Assembly: GCA_977018835.1 (NCBI GenBank)
Contig: OZ361257.1
Coordinates: 3,410,001-3,474,000, forward strand
Direction of reading: 5' to 3'
Length of the DNA: 64,000 nucleotides
DNA from: Minutocellus sp. GHC0000111
Lineage: Eukaryota
Shown here: piece after piece, positions 13,254 through 24,900 of the stretch
How positions within the stretch are numbered: position 1 is the first letter of the stretch
Layout: each line of letters begins with the position of its first letter
Notes under the pieces: generated by a model
Told to the model about the DNA's origin: nothing
The model's input: only the letters and a program-made list of their open reading frames with translations
Database searches by the model: none
Made by a program: the position numbers and the translations under genes

Positions 13254-15551
13254 TTATGCTCCTATCTCAGGACTAATTGCTCGTTCGCTAAATGACGAGC
13301 TCTTGATTGCCGCGTCCATACCAAGGCGAACAGCCTCGCTCTCGTCCCTGCCATCGAGGAGAGCATGAACGAAGGCTCCGCAGAGAGAATCTCCCGCTCC
13401 AGTAGAATTCTTCATCTCTATTCCCTCCACAGCGGGAAAATGTTGATAGGTGATATCGTCTCCTACAGATTTCGATGCAAGTAAGACACCGTCCTTTCCC
13501 ATTGTGATAATCAGATGACCTCCGCTCGTATGCATCTGCAATAAAAGCTCTTCCGCAGCAAGCTTGATTGTTTTCATGTCGTCTGTTAGTGCTTCTCTTG
13601 CATCTTCCTTGCTGACAGACCAGCCATCTGACATTGCCATTAGCTCATCAACGTTGGGAAATGCGTATGACAAGTAAGAAAGAAATGCTTTGTTCTGTCC
13701 GAGCAGAGCAGCTTTCGGCACAGACGTTGGCTCGAAGAAAACCTTTGCTCCCGCATGGGATGATAGATGTGCCGTCTCAACCAGAGTATTTATGGGCGCG
13801 TTCGCATCCATGACAACAATATCGGCTTGAGCCAGGACCTCGGCCGGTGGAATAGGTATGTCAGATGATATATTCATATCGGCAATGGCAGTGTGCAGAT
13901 CCCCACTTGAATTCATCACAGCAAGATATGTCGCGGTGGATGCCTTGGACACAAAATTCACAGTTGCTTCTGTATGCACGACGCCACATTCCTCATCGAG
14001 CCTCTGCGCGATGGCATGGCCCAAGGAATCGTTTCCGACCGCGGTATAGAGGATAGGCTTGGCACCAAGCCGCCCAAGAACCTCGGCTACATTCCGACCA
14101 ACGCCACCATCGGACTCCACAACGACACCAGGATTGCTTGTTCCAATGATCAGGTCAGATCCATCGGACGGTCGGGCCACAAGATCAACAACGGCACCAC
14201 CAACGACAACGACTCTTGATGAAGGCAATTCACGAGTTCCAGACGAAGTGAAGCTGTGGAATGTATCAGTTTCATTCCCATGCTGCTCAGAAATGGCAAC
14301 GGCAATATCAGCTCCGATACGAGCATTGTTCCTGACCAGTGCAATGTTGCTCCGAAGCGAATCACCCCCGGTCATTTCTGCAACTCGTTTCAGTATGAAT
14401 GGCGTGACATCCCTTCCTTCGACACCAGCGGCATCGGCCTCTTTCAAAGCACTTTGAATGGCATTCTCTACTGCCTCACCGGCAGGGTCATCGTTTGGTA
14501 CTGCCACAAGCATCCCATTCGGCATGTCGAGATTCAATCCAGACAGATACGCCATGGCAACCTCCTCGGCGCTGTCCAGCCGTAGTGGTGCAGCAACGCC
14601 TGACTTTGGCGAGAAGAATGCCGGGAATTCATCCGTACCAAACGCCACAGCTGGAACACCGAATGTCTCTAACTGCTCCAACGTGAGTTTGATGTCCAAT
14701 ATCGACTTGACTCCGGCCGAAACAACCACGACAGGAGTTCGACCCAACTCGTACAGATCGGCGGATATATCGAGAGACGTTTCCGCACCCCGATGGACGC
14801 CGCCACTTCCCCCGGTAACAAAAGTTGAAATCCCTGCCAAATGCGCCATTTTCATGGTCGATGCCACGGTGGTGGCTCCCCACTGATGGTCGCTGCTAAT
14901 GCTGCTGATACTTGATTTTGCCAAATGAACCGGCAAATCACGCGTCGAAATCTTGGCCGCCCGACCCTCCTGACCAGCCACAGCGAGATCATTCATCTCC
15001 ACCTCTGTTAGGCCGACTCTGCAAACACCATCCTTGACGGCAATGGTTGCCGGCGTGACGCCCTGAACGAAAAATAAGACGGTTTCAGTGTCAGATTTCA
15101 CATGACTTGAGTATCAGTTGCATAATGCGAACCGAACATCAATGCAACCTCAACAGACTGTAACTTGATCTCGTAGCTTGTTTTCCCCATGCATGCATGT
15201 CCACATACATTTCCCACCCTTACTCACCTTCTCGCGAAGAATGGCCGACAATTCTTGACTCAGTTCCAAGTTTTGAGGATAAGGCATCCCGTGCGCAATA
15301 ATTGTGCTCTCCAGAGCAACAACTGGTCTGTTGGACGACAACGCGTTGGAAACTTCTGGAAGCACTTGCAGGAGACTTTTAGTAGAAGACGGGGGTGACG
15401 ACGACGACGATGATGAGTTGTGGTGATGGCATCGTAATGGCATACATATATTTGATGACGAGAGTGGCAATGCCCCGTCGAACGTCCGTATCCGTTTCCA
15501 GACCTGCGACGGAAAACCCGAAGAGAACCTTCGAGAAGCAGCAGACGTCAT
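13254..15551 (-). CDS. Pseudouridine-5'-phosphate glycosidase / PfkB-family pseudouridine kinase fusion; exons 15551-15228, 15062-13254
   Basis: PsuG motifs VALESTIIAHGMPYPQN, GATTVASTM, DISADL, GVKSILD, TPFIL, followed by PfkB motifs GGVGRNVAE, PNVDEL, NSTGAGDSL. Phase-0 intron EK|GV. Confidence 0.92.
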
Positions 15552-16392
15552 CTCTTGTGTTGGGCTGACGTCGTGCAATTTATTTGATTTGGTTTGATCG
15601 GCTACCTAGACCTGAACAGCACCAACTCAGGGAGGGAGGCGATGCACTTGACACTTGCGGCTGCTAATGTGCAAATATTGCGTGTAAAAATCTTCTAACG
15701 TCCATTCGTCGAGGCGATAGCTTGCAGCGTATTCTCAACTTGAATGTCGCTCCCTCCTCAATGCAATGCCTTGGCCCGTTTTGCCTCAACGTGCTTGACG
15801 GACGAGAAAAGACGTCTACAAAGTGAGTCGATCGAGTCAATTTTGAGGCCTCTCAGCGTCAGGTCAGAAAGTCGGACGATCTCGTCTCCTTTTTGGGTCC
15901 CTCCTTTTCAGCCTGAAAATATCTGCACACAAGCCTGAGGCCGCACAACATCACGCCGCACAACACCACAACTTCGACAACATTCATCCCGTTTGCCTGA
16001 TTGAGATGCCGGTGTCACTTTCTGAGATGCCATCGACTTTCGAGCCGCATGCCAAACGCAGGCCTTTGGATTTTAGATGCATCTTTGACGTTCCGAGCAG
16101 CTGCTCGGCAGACACATGCCGTCATTTCAAGATCGATGACGAGGGGATTTTGTGCCGATTGATATTTTGTGTCAAGAGCATCGCACCATCGTGTTCAAAA
16201 TTCACACGAAATCCGAATAGAACGACGGCCCTTTCAAAGCCTTAGCACATTACTCGACATACTGACTGTACCCAAATCCGGCACGCCTTTCAACAATCCA
16301 ATTGTGAGGGAGCCACTTTCTCATAAATAGCCCAAGCCAATCAATCAGAACAATATCACATCGACTCCATTGTTGTAACCAAACGACCGACC

Positions 16393-17091
16393 ATGAGCCA
16401 TAATCTCAACCAACTGTACCACCAAGCGTCGACTGTCGTGACTGGATGCACGGATATTCCAAACATCACCAAGCAGACTGGCATCAACGGCCCCAAGCCC
16501 ATCAACACACTGATCCACCAGAACCAAAACAATCCAACAAGCTTTAACAGTATCATGAAAAACAAGGACACCGCCAAGAGCCCCGGAAAGCGAGTACGCT
16601 TTGCTACGACCATCAAGGGAATCTTCGTCGAGTATCCAAAGCACGAGCATACCGCTCGATGGAGGACCCAGGACGACGAGGCCTCCACTCACGCCGAGCT
16701 TCGAGAGACGGTATGCATCATGCGGATGCACCGCGGATCCGTCCCTGCCCATCTGCAGGACGCCAACGTTGCCACCTGCCGTGGCCTCGAGCACATGGCC
16801 AGCAAACGCACCCTCCAGCACAATTCGAGGGCCAAGAGTCTGGCGATTAGCGCCGTACTGGACGAGGCCGATCGTCAGGCCGAGATCGTCCAGCGTCACC
16901 AGAACAACGAGTATGCCCGCCAAGAATCTTTGGAAGCTGTCGCCACAATCTCGTCGTTCCATACCGCCCAAGCTCGGTCCATTGCTCAGCTCCGAGGAGA
17001 GGCCGATGCTGCCTACGTCCAGAGAGAGTTGTCGGGCGTCGAGCCATCCTGGAAAAGACTTTCCTCGGTCTTGAGTTATATCACGAAATGA
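16393..17091 (+). CDS. Diatom-type orphan 'RGLE' family protein
   Basis: Motif order KRVRF ... W ... CRGLEH ... AVLDE ... ARSIAQLRGEADA, a pattern I recognise from diatom hypothetical proteins. Confidence 0.65.
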   Translation: MSHNLNQLYHQASTVVTGCTDIPNITKQTGINGPKPINTLIHQNQNNPTSFNSIMKNKDTAKSPGKRVRFATTIKGIFVEYPKHEHTARWRTQDDEASTHAELRETVCIMRMHRGSVPAHLQDANVATCRGLEHMASKRTLQHNSRAKSLAISAVLDEADRQAEIVQRHQNNEYARQESLEAVATISSFHTAQARSIAQLRGEADAAYVQRELSGVEPSWKRLSSVLSYITK

Positions 17092-17554
17092 ATACAGGGC
17101 AAGAATGACATTCTCTTCTTTCCTGCTCGCTGTCTCCCCACACTAGCTAGCATACATGTAGTCACTTTTGTAGAAACACGAAGAAATAAATTAGGAACAA
17201 TAAAAAACCTTTTAAAGCTCAAGAGAGTTTACATAGACTGGAGTGTATCGCAACAGAGTAGATTGTACCTCCAGCTCGCAGAAAAATATTGGCGATGCCG
17301 ACAAAATCAGCGCTGCACATGCATACCCTGTTCGTCCAAACAGCACATGTACTTTACATGCAAATCTGCTGACTTTAGACACTCTTATGCGATGATACCC
17401 TTTTATTAGATTGCATGCAATCACGATTCCGCCCCGAAGATCTTCATATTCAAGCTCATGAAGCTGCATGTAGTAGTAGATCGGCGAGATCTAAGTAGAT
17501 CTCAGCCATGTAGCTCGTAACACCACCTCATGACGTGAGCGAGGAAGAAGATTA

Positions 17555-17787
17555 TTTTCTTCTTCTTCTTCTTCTTCTAGCTAGTCTACTGCCTATCCAA
17601 TTGGATGTGGTTCTAACTTTTCATTATGATATTATGATAGATTTTAAAAGTTAGACTTAGCGGGACAACACTTCTACTACTACTACCATGCACTACTACT
17701 ACTACGGTACTACTACTACGGTACTAGACTCTACTGCGAAGATTGTCTTCTTCTGCTAGATCTACTACTACTACTACTACTACTGCT
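17555..17787. repeat. Microsatellite cluster (TTC)n / (CTA)n between two convergent genes
   Basis: ttcttcttc... around 17560 and several ctactacta... runs from 17672 to 17787. Confidence 0.85.
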
Positions 17788-17901
17788 AATATAGAGGTCT
17801 ATATAATAGAGGGTATGTAAATGAACAAAATTCTTTGTGCATCGATCGTATTGCCGTATTTTGAAAAATCAACAAATGTATGTACCAGCTGTGTTTTCCG
17901 C

Positions 17902-18906
17902 CTATGCCATCTTGGCAGCACGGCACTTGACGGCACCATTCGGCGAACTTCCCCTGGAACTGTTGTCGCTATCACTTCCATTGTCGCTAATACTGTTCAT
18001 CTGCCTGGCTTGGCCGACGAACTGCTGCCGTTCCCGGTATCGACGGGAGTTGTCGCGCTTGAGGGCCGAGAGGGCATTGCGACGATTCCAGCTCAGGCTG
18101 CGTGCGGCGGCAGCCATTCCGCCGAATCTTGCCGAGGTTGATGATGGCGACGAACTTGGTGAGCTCGACGATGGCGGCTGCTGCTGCTGCTGTTGCTCCA
18201 TGCCTACGCCTCGGGCGGCGAACAAATCTCGCTTGGCCCGGATCCTGGCGCTCTTGACCGAATCGCGAGAGATGGTGGTGGCAAGGTTGGCCAGCTCATT
18301 CTCGTGGCGGAACTTGGCATCCTTCCTGGTGGGATCGAAATGGCGGTTCCTCAGTTCCTCCTGCTTGGACAGGACGGATACCACGATGAGCTTGCGCTTG
18401 TGCATCAGCTTTTGCTTGTACTTTTCGTCGATGTACACTTCGATGCCACGTTCGCAGTACATGCTTTTGTCGAAGATGCCGCCGATGCCCTGGTCGCGGT
18501 ATCGCTTCATGGTCCGGACGACACGGACGGTGTCGGCAATGTGCGATGTGCATTGCGACCGATCGATGGGGGTGCGCCAGAGGGCGGCGATTTCTTCCTT
18601 AGCCATGTCAGCAAGGCCTGGGATGCGTCGCTGCTTGATGGTTGGGGCGAAGGTCACGCCTTTGCTGGTGGTGATCGGAAAATTTGTTCTACATGTTGTA
18701 CCATTGGACTGCTCATCACTTGTGTTATGAAATGCTAGTGTCGACACGTTGTTGTCGTCATTATTGAGGGGCTTACCGGTACCAGCATCGTCATCGTCTG
18801 ATACGGATTCGGCAAGTGACGAACGTCTTCGCCAGTCGACTCGCCGCTCCGATCGTACAAGGATGCTGGCAAGAGAGGGTCGGGGCAGTGGAGATGGAGA
18901 ACACAT
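17902..18906 (-). CDS. Diatom-type orphan 'RGLE' family protein
   Basis: KGVTFAP ... LWRT ... CERGIEVY ... VLSKQE ... SVKSARIRAKRD, same motif order as 16393-17091. Confidence 0.65.
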   Translation of the reverse strand: MCSPSPLPRPSLASILVRSERRVDWRRRSSLAESVSDDDDAGTGKPLNNDDNNVSTLAFHNTSDEQSNGTTCRTNFPITTSKGVTFAPTIKQRRIPGLADMAKEEIAALWRTPIDRSQCTSHIADTVRVVRTMKRYRDQGIGGIFDKSMYCERGIEVYIDEKYKQKLMHKRKLIVVSVLSKQEELRNRHFDPTRKDAKFRHENELANLATTISRDSVKSARIRAKRDLFAARGVGMEQQQQQQPPSSSSPSSSPSSTSARFGGMAAAARSLSWNRRNALSALKRDNSRRYRERQQFVGQARQMNSISDNGSDSDNSSRGSSPNGAVKCRAAKMA

Positions 18907-19492
18907 ACTGACTGTGCGTGTGGGCTTGCTGTAGTATTGGTAGTATTGGTTGATATGTGATTATTTAGAGAACAATGATGGGCGAAGGGCGAAGAACTTG
19001 AAATTTGATCCTCAATCACAATTGACAGGCAGATTTTATTCACAATTGACAAAAGTCCGACCAAAGTCCGACCACAACTCACAGCGAAATTTGAGGCTCA
19101 TCCTGAAAAGTGTGATTACGCCATACACACAGTGAGGCCTTTCCCCAACTTGTAAGCCAGCACACAAGGCAACAAACCCTTCTTCATCGGCGAGGTAGAA
19201 ATTTATCCGACTCGGATGCATGCATCTCTCCCGCCCGTTCTTCTTCTTACACATGGGTGAAGGCTGCGCCGTGTGTCATCATGCAAGGGAGCGTCATGGA
19301 AACTGTTCTGGAAAGTCATTCTGTGTGGTTTGAGGGCCACGAACAACAAAGCGAACTTTGTCTTCTTTCCGTGTTTCTGCTCTCAGGCCACACCAGTCCC
19401 CACAGTCCCACAGTGCCATGCGCTCCAGGCCAAAGCACGAATAAAACACAAGGTCCCCATCCTGAAAGCACATTCTCTGTAATATCATAAAC

Positions 19493-20086
19493 ATGACCAC
19501 TCAACAACAACAAAAGCAAAAGCGCCAAGGAAACTCCCTCTCTCTGACGCCAAGTCTCCATCGTAATTCCAAGTCGCTTCGATCTGCTGCCTCTACTACA
19601 TGCTTGAACAGCAACATGTCGTCGTCATTGCCTCCTCCAACCTCTGTTGTGCATGATGAGCTGCATGCACTTGCCGACAATATCAACTGTAGCTTCGACG
19701 ACGATGTCGTCGTCGGTCCAATTTACGAACTTCTCAAGGACGGCGCCGGAGAACAGCAAGAATGCGAAAACTCCGATAACAACAACAAGAACAGCAGCAA
19801 CAACGTCGTACTTTCCAGGCGCAAGAGCAAGTATGGCGATCGAATCAAGTCCGTCGATGCGCTCTTTGTCGACATGTACGTCCTCAACGCCTCCAACGGC
19901 CTCCTCGAGTACAATTCCAATTGGCGCCAGGAGTGGGATGCCTCCGTTACTACTCGACGGGCCGAGAGAGCCGCAAGGACCAGACGAGGTGGGCGTCGTC
20001 GAGTCTCCCCTCTCCCAGCAGCCTTCTCTGATGTGGCCTCTACTACTAGGGGTAGTAGTCGTGACAGGTATAGTACCGCTGCATAA
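19493..20086 (+). CDS. Hypothetical protein
   Basis: 197-aa ATG ORF with host-like codon usage, followed by an AT-rich 3' region; no recognisable domain. Confidence 0.5.
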   Translation: MTTQQQQKQKRQGNSLSLTPSLHRNSKSLRSAASTTCLNSNMSSSLPPPTSVVHDELHALADNINCSFDDDVVVGPIYELLKDGAGEQQECENSDNNNKNSSNNVVLSRRKSKYGDRIKSVDALFVDMYVLNASNGLLEYNSNWRQEWDASVTTRRAERAARTRRGGRRRVSPLPAAFSDVASTTRGSSRDRYSTAA

Positions 20087-20501
20087 TACATGCGCACAGG
20101 CACACGATCACAATGCAACATTGGCATACGTATTTTTGAAACATAGTTAGACGAAGCAACGATATGTGCACATAACAACAATACCAAAGAATAACAAGCA
20201 ATAAATTACTTGTATATAATAAATTTAGAGAAAGTAAGAAGTTTTCCCATGCACACAGAATACTATTCTAACGATCTACGCAATGTGCCCAGTCCTCCAA
20301 GGATGCAAGATGAAAACGATATGATCATCTCAATCTTCCGTACCGGTACACGTGTTGAACCTGCGTTATGGTCAGACCTCTCAAACCTATCTACTAGATT
20401 TCACCATTACACACCACATAGCAAATATTCTTGATAAAAATCTCGCTTAGAATAGTTTACACTTTTTTCATGTTGGGTGCTACATGAAGATCTCTGCGTA
20501 G

Positions 20502-21581
20502 CTAGGCTGTGGTAGCTGAAATCTTTCGATGAAGAGAGGGGTTGTGAGGGTGCCAAAGGCGGCGATGTTCCGAGGAAACGTCGATTGGCACCTCGCTCTT
20601 GGGCATGATGAGCCCATCGAATTCGGTAAGGCTGATGGATTCGATGGCACAGGACGTCATCGAGGAGAAATGCGCGGCGTAGGCATGAAGCGCGGCGCGG
20701 AAGACGGCCGCCTCGTGCTCGTCGTGGTCGCGGATGGCAGCCGTACTTCCTCGGTGGTGCTCCCGACGCTCCTGGTCCAGATGGGCACGGATCTCTCGCT
20801 CGGTGTCTCTTTGGATGGCGTCCATTTTGGCCATGACGCGCAGATCGTCGAGGCACAGGCTGTCCATGCTGCTTGAGCTGGCGTGGAGCTTGTCGAATAC
20901 GTCAGCACTTTCGAATGGGTTGGAATTGCGGAAAGAAGAAGCAGCAGAAGCAGAAGTAGGAGGATGCTGCGTGTTGGCTTGAGAGGTGTTGTCGTTGGAC
21001 TTGACCGACTTTGCAACGAGCGAAAGGAGTATGGCCTCGTGAAGATGGTGGTCCTTTGCTTCTTCTTGCTTATCATGATGGTGCTTGTGATGACGATCAC
21101 CGTGCTTATTCGGCGGAGGAACATGAACGGGCTCAAACTTTTGACTGTCCTCCTTGCTCTTGCCAGCTTCGTCCTTTAGCTCTTGGCTATCATCATTGTC
21201 AAGCTCATCCTGCAACCGAAAGGCCTTGATAAGCTTGTGGAATGAATTCGAACGGCGTCGAAGAGGCCGTGAGGAGGATGTCTTTTTGGACTGTTGTTTA
21301 TTGGCTACTTCTGCGTCTACTTCATCTGCATCTGCTTCTTGGCCCTTGGGGACGACAATTTCCTTGGAAAGATGATTGAAGTGCATCATGTCTTTGCAAA
21401 TGTGGGTCACCTCGTCGACAGAGGGGATGTGAGTGGCTACAGCTGCAGCGGCGGCAACCGGAATTATTTTTTCGAGATGAAGGTGTGGCGGTTGATTTTC
21501 TGCTGCTGTCTGCTGGTGAAGGAGGCTCTGGCGACGGAGCTGGTAGACGGGCTTGGGCTTGGTCGATGACATGGTTGGCAT
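20502..21581 (-). CDS. Hypothetical protein (His/Ser-rich)
   Basis: 359-aa ATG ORF flanked by AT-rich intergenic DNA; no recognisable domain. Confidence 0.55.
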   Translation of the reverse strand: MPTMSSTKPKPVYQLRRQSLLHQQTAAENQPPHLHLEKIIPVAAAAAVATHIPSVDEVTHICKDMMHFNHLSKEIVVPKGQEADADEVDAEVANKQQSKKTSSSRPLRRRSNSFHKLIKAFRLQDELDNDDSQELKDEAGKSKEDSQKFEPVHVPPPNKHGDRHHKHHHDKQEEAKDHHLHEAILLSLVAKSVKSNDNTSQANTQHPPTSASAASSFRNSNPFESADVFDKLHASSSSMDSLCLDDLRVMAKMDAIQRDTEREIRAHLDQERREHHRGSTAAIRDHDEHEAAVFRAALHAYAAHFSSMTSCAIESISLTEFDGLIMPKSEVPIDVSSEHRRLWHPHNPSLHRKISATTA

Positions 21582-21947
21582 ATTCTTGACGTAGTTGCGT
21601 AGGCAGTTGGTATCGTTTGTAATGATTCTACAATTTATGTGGTGGCTGGATGCTTGTCTGGAATATCAATGAAGCGTCAACGCGAATGCTTGCTCGTGCC
21701 CTAAACGTGCAGTAAACGTGAGGATGCGGATGCGCCAAAAAATTTTCGCTTTTCGGCCCTTTCCGGCACAGTCACTTCTTGAATTTGGCCTCAACCTTTT
21801 GATTGTGGCCTATCATGTGTTGTTCGTGGACAGCAAAGCAGTGCCGGTTAGCCGGTTAATTAACTTCAGTCAAAAGAGATGGCATCGGATTTTTGACTGA
21901 TTTCTATCCAGAAACTCCGGCTTTCGAACGGGACTCGATCTCTTTGC

Positions 21948-24900
21948 CCTGGCCTGTTTCCGAAATTTTCCAATTTTTGCCGCGTTCGCTCACTAACAAA
22001 CACTCGGCGCGGCTGACTCGCACACGACGAGAAAATCCACGCACGAGGTCCCGCCCGACCGATAAAAAAGGGAAAACACTGCCACAAACGCGTCATGCTG
22101 AAACGCTGAAACTCACAAGCGCGAAGCACCACCAGGCCGCCGCTGCTGTTGTCATCATTCTTGACAGCCGACCATGCATGTCATCTCCTCTTATTGCCCC
22201 GCTTCGTGCGGACGGGACAGGGCCCCCATCGCCGCAACGCCGATATGTTTGAGTGGGCGATACATTACCAGATCGTGTTTCTCGGGATTGATCTTCATAT
22301 GTGGCCGAGCGTCTTCGCATTCGACGAGCGCGAATCTGAAGGGTCGACCGTCGAAGATACGGCAATCACGACCAGATTAACAAGACGACTCGTCTTATAT
22401 TGATGCGTCTGGCTCCATGCCCACGCACTGAGGGTGGATAGCGATACTGGGAGAGGTTGGAGAGAGCAGCAGTGCCCTTTTTGTTGCTGCTGGCGAGGAA
22501 TCAGTTTGGAGAGAGGTCGAATTTATTGGTACATTCAGACCGACAGACCGAGACATCGACGGGATTGTACTTTTCCAGGACAATGGTGGCAGAGGACCAT
22601 GTTGACAGACGAAAGCTCAAATGGCGAAACAAATAAAGAGATGCCACTCCAGTTAACAGTTGAATGGAATGAGCGATTCTTACTTGTATGGAATGTGCAT
22701 GATGGAATAGTATACTTACATGTACATGCATAATTATAATTCTAGGAAATGAAAAATAATCGGCTAGTACAGGACTGTATGCACATGCATGGACTATACA
22801 TAATTTATATATTATGATCTAATTTCCTCCTGGAACGGGCGCAGCTTGAGCTGCTGCTGGAACTACTGGAGCTGCATTTGCTGGAGGTACAGGCACGCCC
22901 CTGTCTGATATATACTTGAGCAGCTTTGATATGCTATGATCCTTGTTCCTACCTTGAGTTTGGGACCGGCAGCGAAGCTGCATGTTGATCAATGGATTCA
23001 AAAGGGCGCTGTCCCACTTTCCATTATTTTGGAACGGATTGATGTAGGCTACTAGATTTTCGTTGGCAACGTCGACATACTGGTAGACGGTACAGACACC
23101 CTCTTGACCGCGGTACACGTGGTTGCGGCTTCGCGGAAGGTCCGGCGGCCTGACTGGAAGAGTTGTCGAGGCGCAATCATCGTAGTTGGGGCAACGAGGA
23201 GGCCGAGGGCCTATAAATGGCTGGCCGTGCTTCTTCTCCCAAATTCGAATCTCGGTGAGGCGCCTGCAAATTGAGCACGCACAAGGCATAAATTTCATGT
23301 CCAGCTTGATTTGATTTGATTTGGAAGCAGACCTTCGCGAGCTCGAAATTTTGGCTGTCCATGGAAAGTCCAAAAGCTCTTGGAGTTTTGAGCGCCGCTC
23401 GTCTCATTGCACTTGAGGCGATTGGTCAGTATCATTTCACTCCTATTCCCGCCATCAGCTACTCGTTGGTCGATCTCCTCCTGACTGTCAGATACGTAGC
23501 GATCAAAAGTCTTGTGGGCTGTCAGAAACCCCTTGCCGAGAAATCTTGGATCTCGATTCGCCTCGTACTCAATGAAGGCCGCATCGCCGACCTCACTCTT
23601 CTCCTCTTCAATTTTCTTCGATCGAAGATAGGCAGAGTAGGCCTCCAAGGCGCTGAACGATGCATCATCAGCAACCTCTCCCGTCTTAAGATTCCCCTTG
23701 GCGACCTGCATAGATCAGAAAGTAGAAAGTCAATTAGATGCATCGTTCGATGGATCAGGCGCAGGTAGCGTCAAAAACAAAGTAGATGGGACTTGCCTTG
23801 CCTATGTTATCAACAATATTTTTGAAGCATTGCTTCTCAGGGAAGAACTGGCTGATCAGCACACCCCAATCCTCATCAGCTGCAGCTACGGTAGCGTAGT
23901 TTTGAGCGCAACCAAATTGGCCTGGGCAATTGTCAGCCCAAATAAATATCATGGCAAGCTCTATGCCGAGCTCCATGCGATAAAATATCTTGTAGAAATC
24001 AACCATGTGCTTGAGGCACGCAATGTAGAAGATGTGGTCGTTCTTCTTGCTCTTGCCACCTGACTTCCCCCAGAATCTCCAATGGTGTGTGTCGCAAGTG
24101 TGGACTGTCTCGGTTCTAGTAATGTTGCCGTCGTTGTCCTGGAAATCAACTTCAACGTCACGGAAGTTGTACGAGAATGAGGCACACTGCGCACAAATTA
24201 TTCAACATGATGTTACATAAGTGTGAGGCACATCATAGTGAGATCGAGACTGCAAATAGATCTGCACAGAGGAGTTCCTGCATTTGCAGGAAGCAGCCAA
24301 AGTAGTGATCGACTTACCAGTAGCACACAGTGACGCTCCTGCTGACAATTTGACGTGTCCCCGGGGGCCAAGTCCGTCGTGGCAGAAAAGTCTACGTAAA
24401 TGCCGCCATATTCTGGGCCCATAGTTTGCCTCTGGAGGTCTCGCATGGTGCTGGTCCACCGGTCGTTCGCATGGTGCTCTACGGCATCAAATATTTCCGA
24501 CCGAAGATCTCGAATGATATCCTTTACTTTCATCCTGCAAGGAGTGAGCTCAGGCTGCGTCGATTTCGACTCTCCACTTCCACATGAAACGACTTTCCAT
24601 ACCTTGATCGGAATCTTTTCTTCCAGTTCTCCGAGCGTCTCGCAAAATAAGGGCAGTAAGTTCTTGTCGACGCCGCAAGAATCACACTCGTGACGCGCGC
24701 ACTCCCAACGCAGAAGCTTCGGAGGCTCGGCGTCATTTGGCCCCTTGAGCTCGGCATGTTCTACCTTTTTACAGCAGCTCAGCGCAACGAAATCTTGAGG
24801 CGGCGTCTGAAGACACGTATCGAGAAAATGATGGGCTGAATATCTGTACGAGACAGGGCCGCATAAACTTTGTCGCTCTTCTCGCAATCGGCTACAAATG

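Noticed and set aside
13254..15551. PsuG-PsuK fusion as a novelty
   Set aside because: This fusion is already known in many eukaryotes.
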